DNA from: the human T2T-CHM13v2.0 reference genome, Homo sapiens
Direction: 5' to 3' (one strand)
DNA length: 64,000 bases
Assembly (NCBI RefSeq): GCF_009914755.1
Contig: NC_060930.1
This document shows positions 14,712-28,092 of this stretch, piece after piece; within the stretch, counting starts at the first letter, position 1, and the number at the start of each line of letters is the position of its first letter. The notes under the pieces are model-generated. The model worked only from the letters and a program-made list of their open reading frames with translations, did no database searches and was not told the origin of the DNA. Both the position numbers and the translations under genes were made by a program.

Positions 14712-15562
14712 AATCTCTCTGAATCTTAACGGCAGTGAGACTAAACCTTTATCAGTGGAAGAATTGACCTAATTTCCATTTCTCAGCAGCTCTCGACCTT
14801 ACTGAACACATCTGGCAGTGTTGAAGTTTCTTTCTTAGCAATCATTAATATTTATGCTTAATTCTTGGAAAATTAAATTTCTCCAAGATGAGGTTTCAGA
14901 TACATTATTAAAAAATGAACTAAGAATTATGTTTTAAATCCCTAAAAAAGACCACACAAGTGGTTTGATACTTTTGGTTCCAAATAGATACTGTGATATG
15001 TGATTACTCATAACTTAGAGTAGTTCATTTTAATTGGCTATAATATTACCTGAATCTATAAGTGAAACTGTGTAGTTGAGAAAGAAAGTCATTCAATAAT
15101 CTATGTCTTACTTCATCCTCACAATATTTGGGAAAATAGGCAATTTATTATTTATAATGGAGTAGGTAAGCTTTTTCAGATTTAGGTTTTTAACTTACGG
15201 ATAAATCTAGTCATTATTTAATTCTTGTCCTTAGGAAGGATATGTTCTGTATTGCTAAAAATGAAACTGTTTTACTTCATCTTTAAAAAATACTGATTCC
15301 TGTGGGCACTATTAATCATCATCTTTGTCTACCAGTTGGTAGAAAACATAGAAAATAACAAAATGCCTGAAAATATCACAGGCAAGAAGAAAAAATAATG
15401 GCTAGAAAATGTGGCCATGAAAAATTCATATAAGCTGGAAAACCAAGTTATAAATCATTGCTTCAAACTCTCTTCATTTATCCTTTCAATAAGGCCTTAA
15501 ACCGCAATGGCACATAGCTCTAGAGAAAACATTGCTGTGGATACGCAATGCTGTAACCCTAC

Positions 15563-16010
15563 CTTTCGTGAAATTGGTCACCATTAGTTTGATACACGTA
15601 TTGATTTTTATTTTGACATTGGTCCAGCACTGTCTCATGTGCAGTTGCCAGTTCTCTTTTCTCCTCAGCTTCTTATCCACTAGTATCTTCCTTAGAATGA
15701 AACCCGTTTCTCTCTTCTTCAAACACTGGGTGTTCATTTTTATCTGCAGTGTCTTGCTGTTCATTCCCAGCACTATCACTTTCCTGTGTATTCAGGCTCT
15801 CTGTGCATGAAATGTCTGTTCCATCTATATTCTCTCTTGGATTTATAGAATTTCTTGGAGCAAAATCTTCTACTTTGTCTTGTCTTTTTGTGTGAAATAT
15901 GGCAAAACTTCTATGAACTAGAGAGGCATTGGTCTTCTCAGCATTTTTCTTGTTGAGTTTATTAACCTTTTCTTTCTCAGAGGAGAGCTGATTCTTCTGG
16001 GTAGATCTCT
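15563..16010 (-). pseudogene. Decayed MYLK4 pseudo-exon A (448 bp), acidic/low-complexity linker, one in-frame stop
   Basis: ttctag| acceptor, AAG|gtaggg donor; the phase-1 frame continuing from the 16365 exon reads ERSTQKNQLSSEKEKV...EDTSG*EAEEKREL...QFHE; only stop is TAA at 15673-15675 in about 149 codons. Confidence 0.7.
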
Positions 16011-16364
16011 CTAGAAGCCACCATAGGACACAAAATATTTTAATGGAGAATGCAGGTGATCAGTATAATTTTGGCTTTCTATAATGGCATCTTTATCCAG
16101 GTTTCTTTTTATCAGCAGATATAAGCTTTTAAAAGCTAAGTAGAAGGAAATATGACCAATTGGGTTCCAAAAGATTTTCTTGTTTGTAACTAGTAAGACC
16201 CAAACACAAGCAAAAAAAAAAAAAGGGGGGGGGGGCATTTTTTTATAAACATCACTTCTTCCTGCACAGGGCTTTATGAATGTGCAACTTCCTCTGAATA
16301 ACAACAGGACTTTTATAACGGAACTTTCTTCATCCATAACTATCTACTTTTCTAAAGATGTTAC

Positions 16365-16440
16365 CTGCGAGGGCTGATGTCCTTTTGCTTTTGACGGGCA
16401 TCCTTTCCGTCAGGTCGGCGTTTGACCACACCTCCTTCGC
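16365..16440 (-). CDS. MYLK4: MYLK4 coding exon (76 bp, AKEVWSNADLTERMPVKSKRTSALA), first MYLK4 exon in the window
   Basis: cag| acceptor at 16441-16443, G|gtaac donor; phase 0->1; peptide recognised as the MYLK4 N-terminal region; splices in frame to the 12536 exon. Confidence 0.93.
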
Positions 16441-16479
16441 CTGTGGAGGCACAATTGAGTAATTGAAGTTACATATCAC

Positions 16480-16692
16480 ATCTGGGCTTTTCAACCTCAG
16501 CACTCCTGACACTTGCGCTGGATGATTCCGTGTGGTGGGGAATGTCACGAGCATTACAGGACAGCAGCATCACTGGCCTCTATCCACCAGATGCCAGTAG
16601 CACCCTCCCTCCCAGTTGTGATGACCAAAAAGGTCTCCAGAGATCTATAAATGGGGAGCAAAATCACCCGTCACCCCAGGCTGAAAACTACT
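16480..16692. mobile_element. MER20-like hAT element
   Basis: ggcctctatccaccagatgccagtagcaccc...gttgtgatgaccaaaa motif. Confidence 0.75.
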
Positions 16693-17123
16693 ATATTATA
16701 TGATTCAAACATAGAAAAAAGCCCAGTAAAATTAATAGTAATGTAGAGGGCAGAACAGTCTGAATTAATGAAAGCCTGTATAGACTACAGTATCTGAAAT
16801 GAGCTCACTATTTTCAAAGAAATTCTGTAAAACTGTCATTATGGGAAAAAGCCCATCTTCATGAATAGATGAAAGGATGTTAATAATGTGTGCATCACCC
16901 TTGACCTCTGTGTAAGTTGTCTTGATATGGTTGACATATAAATCAAATAGAAATGAGAGGATACATGTGAATGGGCTCTGTAAACCAGAGAGTAGGAGAT
17001 GAAAGTCAGCTTTATAAATGGAACCTTTACAGTGCTTAGAACAGATGGCCCTTTTCCTAAGTGGATAAACATTCTTCTCACAGTCCTGGAGTATCTGAAT
17101 TAGTTGAGCAAACCGTTAGCTAA

Positions 17124-17636
<513 letters not shown>

Positions 17637-18037
17637 TGCAAATGTGCTTTTACACAATGCAGGGGGCAGCTCCATGGATTCAGAGTATTTCCGTTTTTTA
17701 GATGGTGAACTTAAAACATAAAGGCATGTTTAGTAAATCTGTGGAAAGCCAAGGCTGGAAGTGAGAGCTTCAGAGTTTCTCTTTAAGTGAAAGTCCAGAG
17801 ACGGCACTTGCCTACTTTTCCCTCTGCAGGGACAATGGGCTGCCGCCTCTTCAAACAAAGCTGATTGCTCCCTCCTCTGTGCTTGCACAGAACTCAGCAC
17901 ATATCCCCACCCCTGGTGTCCCTTATAACACTTTAAGCCTTTTTTCCTGTCAATTTCCCACTAGACTGTGGACTTCCAGTGGGCAAAAAGACTGGTTCAT
18001 CTTTGACTCCCTGGTGATTACTTCAGAGACCAGTACG

Positions 18038-18540
18038 TAGTGATGATGATGATGATGATGGTAGTGGTCATGGTGGTGGTGGTGGTGGTGGCGGTGGTGG
18101 TGGTGGTGGTGGTGATGGTGGTGATGGTGGTGATGGTGGTGATGGTGGTGGTGGTGGTGGTGGCGGCGATGGTGGTGGTGGTGATGGTGGCGGCGGTGGC
18201 AGTAGTGGTGGTGGTGGTGGTGGTGGTGGTGGTGATGGTGGTGGTGGTGGTGGTGGTGGTAGTGGTGGTGGTGGTGGTAGTCGTGGTGGTAGTGGTAATG
18301 ATGGTGGTGACCATGATGGTGGTGGTAGTGGTAGTGCTGCTGGTGGTGGTGGTGGTGATGGTGGTGGTGGTGATGGTGGTAGTGTTCTGGTGGTAGTAGT
18401 GTTGGTTGTGGTGGTAGTCGTGGTGGTAGTGGTAGTGCTGCTGGTGGTGGTGGTGGTGGTGGTGGTGATGATTGTAGTGGTGATGGCGGTTGTAGTGGTG
18501 ATGGTGACGGTCATGGTGATGATGGTGGTAGTGGTGACAG
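18038..18540. repeat. Imperfect (GGT/GAT/AGT)n trinucleotide tract, about 500 bp
   Basis: Directly visible; source of the poly-V/T/P/H ORFs. Confidence 0.97.
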
Positions 18541-20180
18541 CTACCATGTATTGTGCACACACATTATGTACCACTCTTCTAAGCACTTTGTTTAACTGGT
18601 TGCTCCTGCTAACAGCCCTTTAAGATAGATACTATTAGCCCCATCGTACAAATGAAGTTGGGTAATTTCCCAAGGTTATAAAGTTTAGAAATGGTAGAGC
18701 TAGGATTCTGACCCAGCTGTCTACTTCAGCCAGTGCACCTAACTACCACCCTATACTGTCTTTCTGGGGAAAAAAAAAGATAGAAAGACTATAGCCAAGT
18801 TACATGATTCCTATTTATTGAGATCTACTACATAGTTGGCACCACAGGAGATAAGAAAAATGATTAAGAGAGAAGGTCATAAATCAAAAACAAATTAGCA
18901 GAGTGAAGAGATAAATATTTGTCGAAAGATTACAATTAACATGGAAGAGAAGCAAAAAAAGGAGAGAATTTAAGTCCAATTTTGAAAGCATATATCCAAA
19001 TTAGTCGAATAAGACAGTTTAACAAATTGTGTTTAAGGTGTTTTATAACTGTCTTTCAGTTCTTCCCTTTTGAAATGAAAACTTCTGGTGTATCAATAGA
19101 CATTGTGCTTCTGGGTTTATTCTGTGTGGCATGAATGCAATGATATAAGCATACGTGGATTTAATAATGAAAACTGGTATGTATCAGTCAATTTCTACTC
19201 ATAAAAGTATATAAAATTGAGCAGCTGGCTGTAAGACTCCATGGAGCACTGATAGATCCACGTTTGCCCCTGAGGCCATCTGAGTATCAGGTGGAAAAGT
19301 CCACATGCTAACCCAATATTCTTTGGGTTCGGAGTTGGACTTGACCAACAGGAGAAGCTGTCAGTATTGAGGAATATAAGAAGCCAGCTTCCAAGAGAGG
19401 TTGCTTTTTTCTTTAGTAATTATATATCACATATGTTTTTCCATTTAAATAATGTAAGAAGGCCTTTATTCATTGCCAAAGGCTGTTATAGTTTCATTTC
19501 CCTATGTAATACTGACATCTAGAGGAACTTTGAACCGAAGAGTTTCCAACAAACAGAAGTTGTATTCTCCTGTCCTTTCCAGGACAGACGCTGTATTTCT
19601 CCTTTTCTTTTCAGGACTGCAACCAAAAATATGAAACATTTTTACTTTGTATTTCTAAGTTATGCCTAGAAGTTGCTAAAATAGAAAGCTCAAGTTTGTA
19701 GATACACCTTGTTTATTGTCCAAAAATGAAACATGTCTTCTACCGATTAAAGAGCACAGGACCAGTGCTCTTAAGCATTAAGTTTCTGACCCAATCCTGA
19801 CCATCCCCAGTTAATGGGATGAAAACCATGTCAGTGACTATATTCCTCTGCTGAATTCACATCGATGGCTGGGATGAACCTAAGGACCTCTTTCATGCAA
19901 ATTCACTTAAAAATATTTCTATATTTGCATATGGATTTCTTTGGAACTATTTACCAATTCCTTTTATAATAATTTATCAGTGGATGTAGAATGACACAGG
20001 GAAGAAAGGCTAAGTGGTCCAGATGTCCAAGTATTCAAAACACAGCTTAGCTCTCTCCACTCTGTCTGGCTTCCTAGACTGGTCTCGTAAGTGGGATATA
20101 CGTACCCAGGGAGTGTCCATAGTAGTCCTTTGGAGGGTATCAAGGACATGCTAGAACTCATTTCAATTTATTCCATTCCT

Positions 20181-20529
20181 TATGGATTGAATGTATCCCC
20201 CCCGACGATATACGCACACAAATTCATATATTAAAATCCTAACCCTCATGGTGATGCTATTAAAAGGTAGGGCCTTCGAAGGTGACTAGGTCATGATTGG
20301 AGAGTCCTCATGAATGGGATTAGTGCCCTTATAAGAACCAAAATGAAAGTTTGCTCACTCTTTATGGGGAGAAGCCCACTACACACTAGTAACGGGGCCC
20401 TCGCCAGGCCCTGGATCTGCCAGCAGCCTGATTTGGGACTTCTCAGCCCCCAGAACTGTGAGAAATAAATGTTTGTTGTTTAAACCACCCAGTCCAGAAT
20501 AATTTGCTATAGCAGCCCAAGCTAAGACA
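20181..20529 (+). mobile_element. MaLR solo LTR (MLT1/MST-like)
   Basis: atgaatgggattagtgcccttataa, agaactgtgagaaataaa, ends ctaagaca. Confidence 0.8.
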
Positions 20530-20643
20530 CCATTCTTTTAACATTTATATTTTACATATGTTTTTAAAAATATATTGATACAATTGGACACATATAAAAG
20601 TATCTCTGACATATTAAATGTTATTTATAAAAATAAAAGTGCA

Positions 20644-20956
20644 GCCAGGCGCAGTGGCTCACACCTGTAATCTCAACACTTTGGGAGGCCGAGGTGGGCA
20701 GATCATGTGGTCAGGAGTTTGAGACCAGCCCGGCCAACATAGTGAAACTCCATCTCTACTAAAAATACAAAAATTAGCTGGGCCTGGTGGTGCACACCTG
20801 TAGTCCCAGCTATCAGGAGGCTGAGGCAAGAGAATTGCTTGAACCCTGGAGGCGGAGGTTGCCGTGAGTCAAGATTACGCCACTGCACTCCAGCCTTGGC
20901 AACAGAGAGAGACTCCGTCTCAAAAATAAAATAAAATGAAATAAAATAAAATAAAA
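20644..20956 (+). mobile_element. Alu with (AAAAT)n tail
   Basis: Alu consensus. Confidence 0.95.
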
Positions 20957-21265
20957 TGCATGTAGTGGTTATCAATGTATATAATTATAAATAAATATAT
21001 CGCGGAGTGCTTTAAAATATTTTACTGATGGCAGCACAAAATCAAAATAATTTGGAGACAATTGTAGATAACACCGTGCTTCACACTCTGATTTTCTGAA
21101 GTGTGTTTTGGAGCAGGATCATTCTAATTAGTCGGTTTGAGTGCAAGAACATAATTAGAACTATCAGCTCAATTCTTGCAAACTCTTTTTCTCCTTCTGC
21201 AAAGTACTGCTTTTAAGAGTTCAGTATTCATCGCTTGCGTGCCAGTTTTGATTATTTAAGCAATT

Positions 21266-21952
21266 TCAAGTCAGCACTTTATCCTCTTTTCTCCGTTAAC
21301 CATTACATTTACTGCCATAGGATCCAGATTTGAACAGCAGGGCGGCATCGGTCCACAGGCGTGTGCCGGCTACCTGGGCATGAGTGCGCTCTCGCCCTGC
21401 GTCACAGACCTGTCCCAGTACTACATCAAAACCCTACTTTTCCTGAGAGTGGCGGAATAGCTGAAAGGGAAATTCATTCAACTGAACAACATCGTCTAAT
21501 CCTTCTTTCATTCCCATTCAATAAAAATCATTTAAAAAATCAATGGTAAAACGGATTTGTCCTTGAAAGAACATAAAGGCTGAGATAAGGGCTGCTCCTC
21601 TGGACCTCAACAATGCCACCATCGTTTTCCGTGTTACTGCAGCGTTCTCAATGTGTCTGTCTGCCCGCTGGCATACGGACCCTTCTCTTCCCCTTCGTTT
21701 CCCCAGCACCGAACAGAGGGTAAAGTTCTGAAGTGCTTGGTGAAGCAATGCGTGATGAAGAAAACAGTGCTTTCTGGAATGGCACGTTCACTGTGAGAAC
21801 ACTCTGTCATCAGGCTGCACCCCTGAAAAGCCAGGCTGCCCTGGGGGCCATCTCAGATGCATCCCTGCCACGGTGGCTCATATCCACAGCCCTGAATTTA
21901 CATAGCCGATGGCCAGCAATATCAACGGCCATGCATTTTGGGATTACAGTTG
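21266..21952 (-). pseudogene. Candidate terminal coding exon P24 (C-terminal globular-looking domain)
   Basis: aattttctgcag| in phase 1: TVIPKCMAVDIAGHRLCKFRAVDMS..., then a shifted frame FFQGQIRFTIDFLNDFY*MGMKEGLDDVVQLNEFPFQLF; end uncertain. Confidence 0.6.
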
Positions 21953-21994
21953 CTGCAGAAAATTGTGTTCATAACATAACATATAGAGAATTCC

Positions 21995-23134
21995 TGGTTC
22001 TTTTTAAAACTGTTGCAAACAGGCCAGATAGAAGAATGGAGGAGAACAAATATTTGTAATAATTTGTAGCTGTGACCCACAGCCTGGACTCTGATGGTGG
22101 CAGGTAGATGTTAGAGGTCGGCCACCCTGTCCTACAGCTCTGTCCTCTACTGCCAGGCTCAAGTGTTGGTCTTTTCAAACCTCCTCAGCTCTGAACGTAT
22201 CACCCACATGGCCTTTCTACAACAAGGGGGTTATCAGGATAAGAAAACTCGGAAGTGTATTTAAATTCTAAAAGTTCAGTGTGAAAAAGGAATAGCCTAA
22301 TGGAATAAATCTGACCAGTCCTGGGCTCCGCAGAGTCTTTTCTTGCTAGCAGAGGACGCTGGGTCATGTACCCTGAATAACAGTTTTGCATATTACTGTT
22401 TGTGGAAATGCCAAGATGAACAATTTTTGGCCATTTTACCTAAGTTCTAGAAATATCTAAACAAAAGTATAACAATTTATAATGACTTTATTAAACTTGG
22501 ATTAGATTCCTAATGGGGGAGAGAACAATAAATAAATCCTACAAGAATACAAAGAGATGAATTTTCAGAAGAAATATGAAAACATTTTCTTGCCTGAGCA
22601 TAGAAGATACTTCTAGAGATTGTTTGTAAAGCAAATCTATTTCCCTTCAACCTCAGCACACACTCAAACTCTCCATGTATGAAGCGAGAAAACCCTGAAG
22701 TCCTGGGTGATAAAAGGAATTCTCACTAAGCAAAGCCTGTTTCATGGTCTGTGGGGACTGGCATGGCTCAAGGCAGGACAGAAACTGACTGACCAAATCC
22801 AGAAAGGGAAAGTGTTCACCTGTTCTCAGAACTCAGTAAGTGGATCCTCCCCAGGCTGCTGATGACATCAGGTGGAGTCAGTCACCTGAGAAAATAACCC
22901 CGCCAGGAAAATTAAAGCCTTTCCATGCACCCACAATTATGTGCACAGTGCTTCACTCGGAAGCCAAGTAAATGGGACCCTCCAAGTACATAGACCAAGA
23001 AAGAGCCTGAAGTTAAAGGTGTGGATTTAGGAAAGCCTAACTGGATCATCCACTGAATGAAGATGCACGGATAATTTTACTTTATTTTATTATAATATAC
23101 ATTGAGCTGTATCATAAGAGAAAGCATGCTACCA

Positions 23135-23167
<33 letters not shown>

Positions 23168-23830
23168 TTTTTTTTTGATATGGAGTCTCTCTCTGTCGCC
23201 CAGGCTGGAGTGCAGTGGCGCAATCTCGGTTCCCTGCAACCTCCATCTCCCGAGTTCAAGCAATTCTCTGCCTCAGCTTCTCCAGTAGCTGGGATTACAG
23301 GTGCCCCCTACCACACCTGGCTAATTTTTTTTTTTTTTGTATTTTTAGTAGAGACAGGGTTTCACCATCTTGGCCAGGCTGGTCTTGAACTCCTGACCTC
23401 GTGATCCACCGGCCTCGGCCTCCCAAAGTGCTGGGATTACAGCTGTCAGCCACCATGCCCAGCTGCTACCATATTTAACAGCCTCTGCTAGCAAGAAAAG
23501 ACCGTGTGGAGCCCAGGATGGTCAAATTTACTCCATCAGGCTATTCCTTATTGACATCAAAACTTTTTATAAATATACTTCCAAGTTTTCTTATCCTGAT
23601 AACTCCCTTGTTGTAGAAAGGGTTATATGTTCGGAGCTGAGGAGGTTTGAAAAGATCAGCGCTTGAGCCTGGTGGTAGAGGACAGAACTGTAAGATGGGG
23701 TGGCCAACCCCTAACATCTACTGGCCACCATGGGGGTCCAGGCTGTGGGTCACAGCTACAAATTATTACAAATATTCTCTCTCCTCCATTCTTCTATCCA
23801 GCCTGTCTGTGTAAATTTTAAAAACAACCA
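21995..23830. repeat. Inverted duplication: arms about 21995-22355 and 23482-23830
   Basis: Arms are reverse complements at roughly 80-85% identity by eye (e.g. tgtagctgtgacccacagcctgga / tccaggctgtgggtcacagctaca). Confidence 0.92.
23137..23463 (-). mobile_element. Alu
   Basis: Alu consensus; lies in the spacer of the inverted duplication. Confidence 0.95.
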
Positions 23831-24967
23831 CTTAAAATGAACAAATTAAGAATCTTCACCTACCTATGTGGCCACAGTGAGTAGTTCGATAACACAGATT
23901 TTATTTTCCCCCATCTTATACCCATTGGATGTGCTGACACCTTATAATGAGTCTGATATTGTTATTTTCTTCCCACTGCCACCTTACCTGTCCTCCCCAC
24001 AGAGAAAACGCTGAGTCCTCTGACTTGAGGCCGCTCTTTCTTTCCCTCTCAAACTCGCATTGCTCACCCTGCCGCCCCACCACCCCACCTGTTTTTGTTA
24101 TCCAAACTGTTCTAAGTTCTAATATGTGGCTCTCAACCATCTGGGGATGTTGGACACTATTAATGCCTGGGTCCTCCCCTGAAGATTCTGATAAACTGGG
24201 TCTTGAGTGGGGCCAGAACACCAGTGTTTTTTAACCCACCCACACCCCAGGGATTGTAAAGTACTAAAAGGGAGGGGACCCACTTCCTCTGTCGCCTCCG
24301 GTCACTCTGGCCTTTGTTCTGAGGCCTTCTTACCAGCCAGGCTCCCTCTGGTCACAGATTGGAGCAATTATAACAACACTGGAATCCCTCTTCCTCCCCC
24401 CGATAAGCAAGGTCTTTGATCCTATCCAGGATGGACTATCTAGCAAACCACTGCCTCCTCCTTATCCTCCACCCAGGAATACGTGTGTGGAAATGAGGCC
24501 AAGGTAAACGGCCCTGAGACCCATAAAACCTCCCTCCAAAAATGATCTATGGGGCATCCTGGGAGGGCAACAAATAAAAAATCCAACGTTGCCAACCATG
24601 CCTCTGGTCCTCTGCCTGAAAGCTTTCTGCCTTGCTTCTTGGCCAAAATTTAGTAATTGAAAGTGATTTAATTCCTCCATTAAAATGGAGGTAAGCAGAA
24701 GAGAGGAGGACTCAGGCTGAGGTGGAGAAATATCACCTTTCAGGGCATAGAAGTATTTATAGCACTTTGCGTAAAAGTATATCTAAAAACTATACATCAA
24801 GGGATGCTTTGCCTTCTTGGGATTCCGTCACCAGAATAGCACCTGAGCACTTCAAAAACTGTGCAGTGAGGCTACTAAGAAATCGAGAGCGTGAGTGCAT
24901 GTGTGTGTCAACCGACTTCAAATGGAATCACAGCTCCTCATGTTCATTTCATTAAAATGAGTCTTAC

Positions 24968-25381
24968 TTTGTAAAATTTCCCTTTCATAACGCAAGTCCA
25001 AACCTTGGAATGTTTTCGCATGAAGTTTACAGTGTTTCTTCATCACCCAATAAAACTCTTTGATTTCTTCCCGCCGCAGACAGTTTTAAGAGCCTTCATT
25101 TCACATGGGGTTCTCGGTATGCTTTTTAATTTTTATTTTAAGATCATTTTTTATCACTTCATCTCCTGTCTCCCACTCTGAGCCTAAGTTCAGTTCGGCC
25201 TCCCCGAACCCCACTGCCTCCCTGCAGTGGGGCACGCCGGCCGAGGCTCAGAGGGGCTTGGTGTTTCCTAATGTGAGGCGAGGTGTGGTCCCCTGGACTG
25301 CAGGAATATTTAGAGATCTGCGCTTAGACTCAAGGAGCAAAATGCTTAACCTCCTAATGGTTTACCTTTCTGCATCTTCCC
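24968..25381 (-). pseudogene. Candidate exon P23 (414 bp)
   Basis: tttcctgtgtag| ... A|gtaaga; symmetric phase 1->1, 4 stops in 138 codons; ends FQGLDLRYEREILQ. Confidence 0.55.
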
Positions 25382-25811
25382 CTACACAGGAAACACACAC
25401 TGCAAAGCAAAGTGACTTTTGAAAAGCTACCTCTGAAAAGCAAAGAGATACTACAAAGCTCTTCAAAAATGTCTCTGAATGAATGAATTTGTCTGTAATA
25501 CAAACTGCGTAGGTAAAAAACTAATCAGTTATGACTGTCCCCAACATTTAGTCGCCTGGTCCAGTCTATGCAAAGTGGGCTGGTGAATCCGCAGCAGCAG
25601 CATCTCCTGGGAACCTGCTAGCAATGCAGAACCTCAGAACCTCAGCCTCTCCCCACCACCCACCCAATCAAAATCTACTCTTTAACCAATGGCCAGGTGG
25701 TTCCCATACATGTTAGAATTTCAGAAGCGTTGACCTAGTTAATATACGTCATGAATTGGTGCGAAGAAGCATTTTACAAAATATGTGTCCCAGCCTCGTG
25801 TGTCTATTTAC

Positions 25812-26103
25812 ATCTTGCCTCCATCCACAAGGCGTCTGAAGAGCTAATCTCGTACTTGGGTAAACTCAGAGGGAAGCCAGTGAGGAGCGGGGAGGGAGTC
25901 GAGACAGCATTCACTGGGGGCCGCATGCCGCTGGCCTTGCTGGCAGCAGTTGGTGGAGACCCAGCACTGTGTGGAACATCCGTGAGCTGCTCAGGAGGCC
26001 CAGGACTCCCGCTGGAGCTCAGGGAAGAGCATGCATGACTAGGTATCATGTGCCTGGAACTTTCCACTAATCTCTGGGGTTGACAGATTGCCCAAACTCA
26101 GGC
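25812..26103 (-). pseudogene. Candidate exon P22 (292 bp), Ser/Pro-rich
   Basis: polypyrimidine tract then gag|; T|gtaaat donor in phase 1; about 95 open codons (SSSGSPGPPEQLTDVP...). Confidence 0.5.
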
Positions 26104-26339
26104 CTCAGAGAAGAGCAACATTAAGGCCCAAAGACAGGATGAAAACCAAGGCAAACCAAGCTCTGGAGAATTAGGAATGTATTCTGATGGGCCCCAAAAT
26201 GCAAATTAGGCAGTCAGGATTAATGCAAAGAATACAGTTAGAATTAATACAAGTGCTGTAACCTGGCTACAATAAAGGTGACTATCAACTTGAAAGAAAA
26301 TAAAAGTATTGTGTCTAGCATAGTTCTTACAAATCAAAA

Positions 26340-26676
26340 TTTAGAGGTTGAAGGGTGGGGTGGGGAAGGAAGGCGGAAAGATGAGCTGTTGATTAAAGGG
26401 TACAAAGTCTCAGACTGGAGGGATAAGTTTTAGTGAACTATTGCACGGCTTGGTGACCACAGTTGTTAATAACATACTGTACATATTTAAAAATTGCTAA
26501 AGGAATAGATTTTTAACATCCTCACCACAAAACAGTGTTAAGTTGGGGAGGTGGTAGATGTGTGAATTAGCTTGATTGACCCTTTCTACAATGTATACAT
26601 AGATCAAAACTTCACACCGTGCCCCAGGAATATACACAACTGTTATTTGTCAATTAGAAATAAATTAATTAAAAAT
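26340..26676 (+). mobile_element. L1 3' end fragment (L1MA-like)
   Basis: aaagggtacaaagt...aaaattgctaa...tagattttt...caccacaaaa 3'UTR motifs. Confidence 0.75.
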
Positions 26677-27456
26677 GTTAAGTACACAGCTAGTACATAC
26701 CCTCCAACACCCCCGATCGGTCTGTGTTTTACTCCTAAGATATGCTTAAGCCCTCAATATATGAAGAACATGAACACCAAGCTGAACTCTTCGGGTTCTT
26801 GTCTCATTGTCCTTTGTTTGATTGTGGACGTGGGGGAAATATTCAGCTGGTATGCTGGTACCATCCTAGTTATTAAAACATGGAAATACCTCCATGCTGG
26901 CTGGTAAATAGGGGATTTTCTGAGACTCCCAGGAGCTCCTCCAACCTCCCGACCTCGCCTCCTCTCAGCCTCAGGACCATCCTAAGACCAGTAACTATAG
27001 GGTCAATATCTAGCATGGAGGGGGCCCCCAGGACCCTGGTCCAATGCAGTACACCTTGATACGTGAGCAACTGTGGACTCCCAGTTATTAGTGTACAGAC
27101 CAGGGAAAAAGAGTATCATATGAAGGCATGTGGCCACAACAACAGGCTGTTGGCCATGTAATATTTAATATTTAAATAAGAAGTTTTTAAAAATATTTAC
27201 GCTATCCCTGCAAGTTCATTATTAGGTACGGAATCAAAGTGTGCTTTGAAAGTCAAGGAGAGAGCAATGGACAACAGTGAAGAGAGGTAAAAGAGTTACT
27301 ACCAGCAATGCCTTTACCTACCTTAGGCCCTGGGACGGTGGCCCTGAAATTATTAAAGTTCCTTACCCAGAAATTCTTAATCTGTGGGTCTGGGTTGAAG
27401 CCCAAGGACATTTTTCATGAGCTCTGGGAGTGATTCTGATGCACATGGTCCAGTGA

Positions 27457-27821
<365 letters not shown>

Positions 27822-28092
27822 AATTCTTTCTTAAACACTCCCCTCCCATATGTTCTACCTAAAGAGGAGTCCACCTTCTCTCTGCCTCTGTTGGCCACAC
27901 ATCTTCGTGGATTTATCACACTGTGTTGAATGATTTGTTTGCATTTCTGACTCCCTCAAGGCATCTCAGTATCTCTAGAATCTAACTCAGTGTCAGCTCA
28001 TGACAAACACTGATTGATTGACTGATTTGTTGATTAGAAGGTCGGGTTGGGGGAACTGATGCCAGGCTGTATTTACTGATCATCTCAACCAC

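Noticed and set aside
15486-15810. ORF-track entries 15486..15779 (-) and hydrophobic 15532..15810 (+)
   Set aside because: Alternative-frame and antisense shadows of pseudo-exon A; the splice-compatible frame is a different one.
18018-18623. Long ORFs of poly-T/H, poly-V and poly-P
   Set aside because: By-products of the (GGT)n repeat; no splice or promoter support.
19743-20161. Possible further minus-strand exon (65-aa ORF; CG|gtaaga donor near 19743)
   Set aside because: No consistent frame or acceptor could be tied to either the MYLK4 or the nested chain.
21374-21640. Alternative P24 frame (TNPFYH...RRARAHSCPG) ending at a CAG|gt donor
   Set aside because: More stops than the preferred frame, and its phase 1 does not fit the phase-0 MYLK4 exon at 16440; kept only as a minor possibility.
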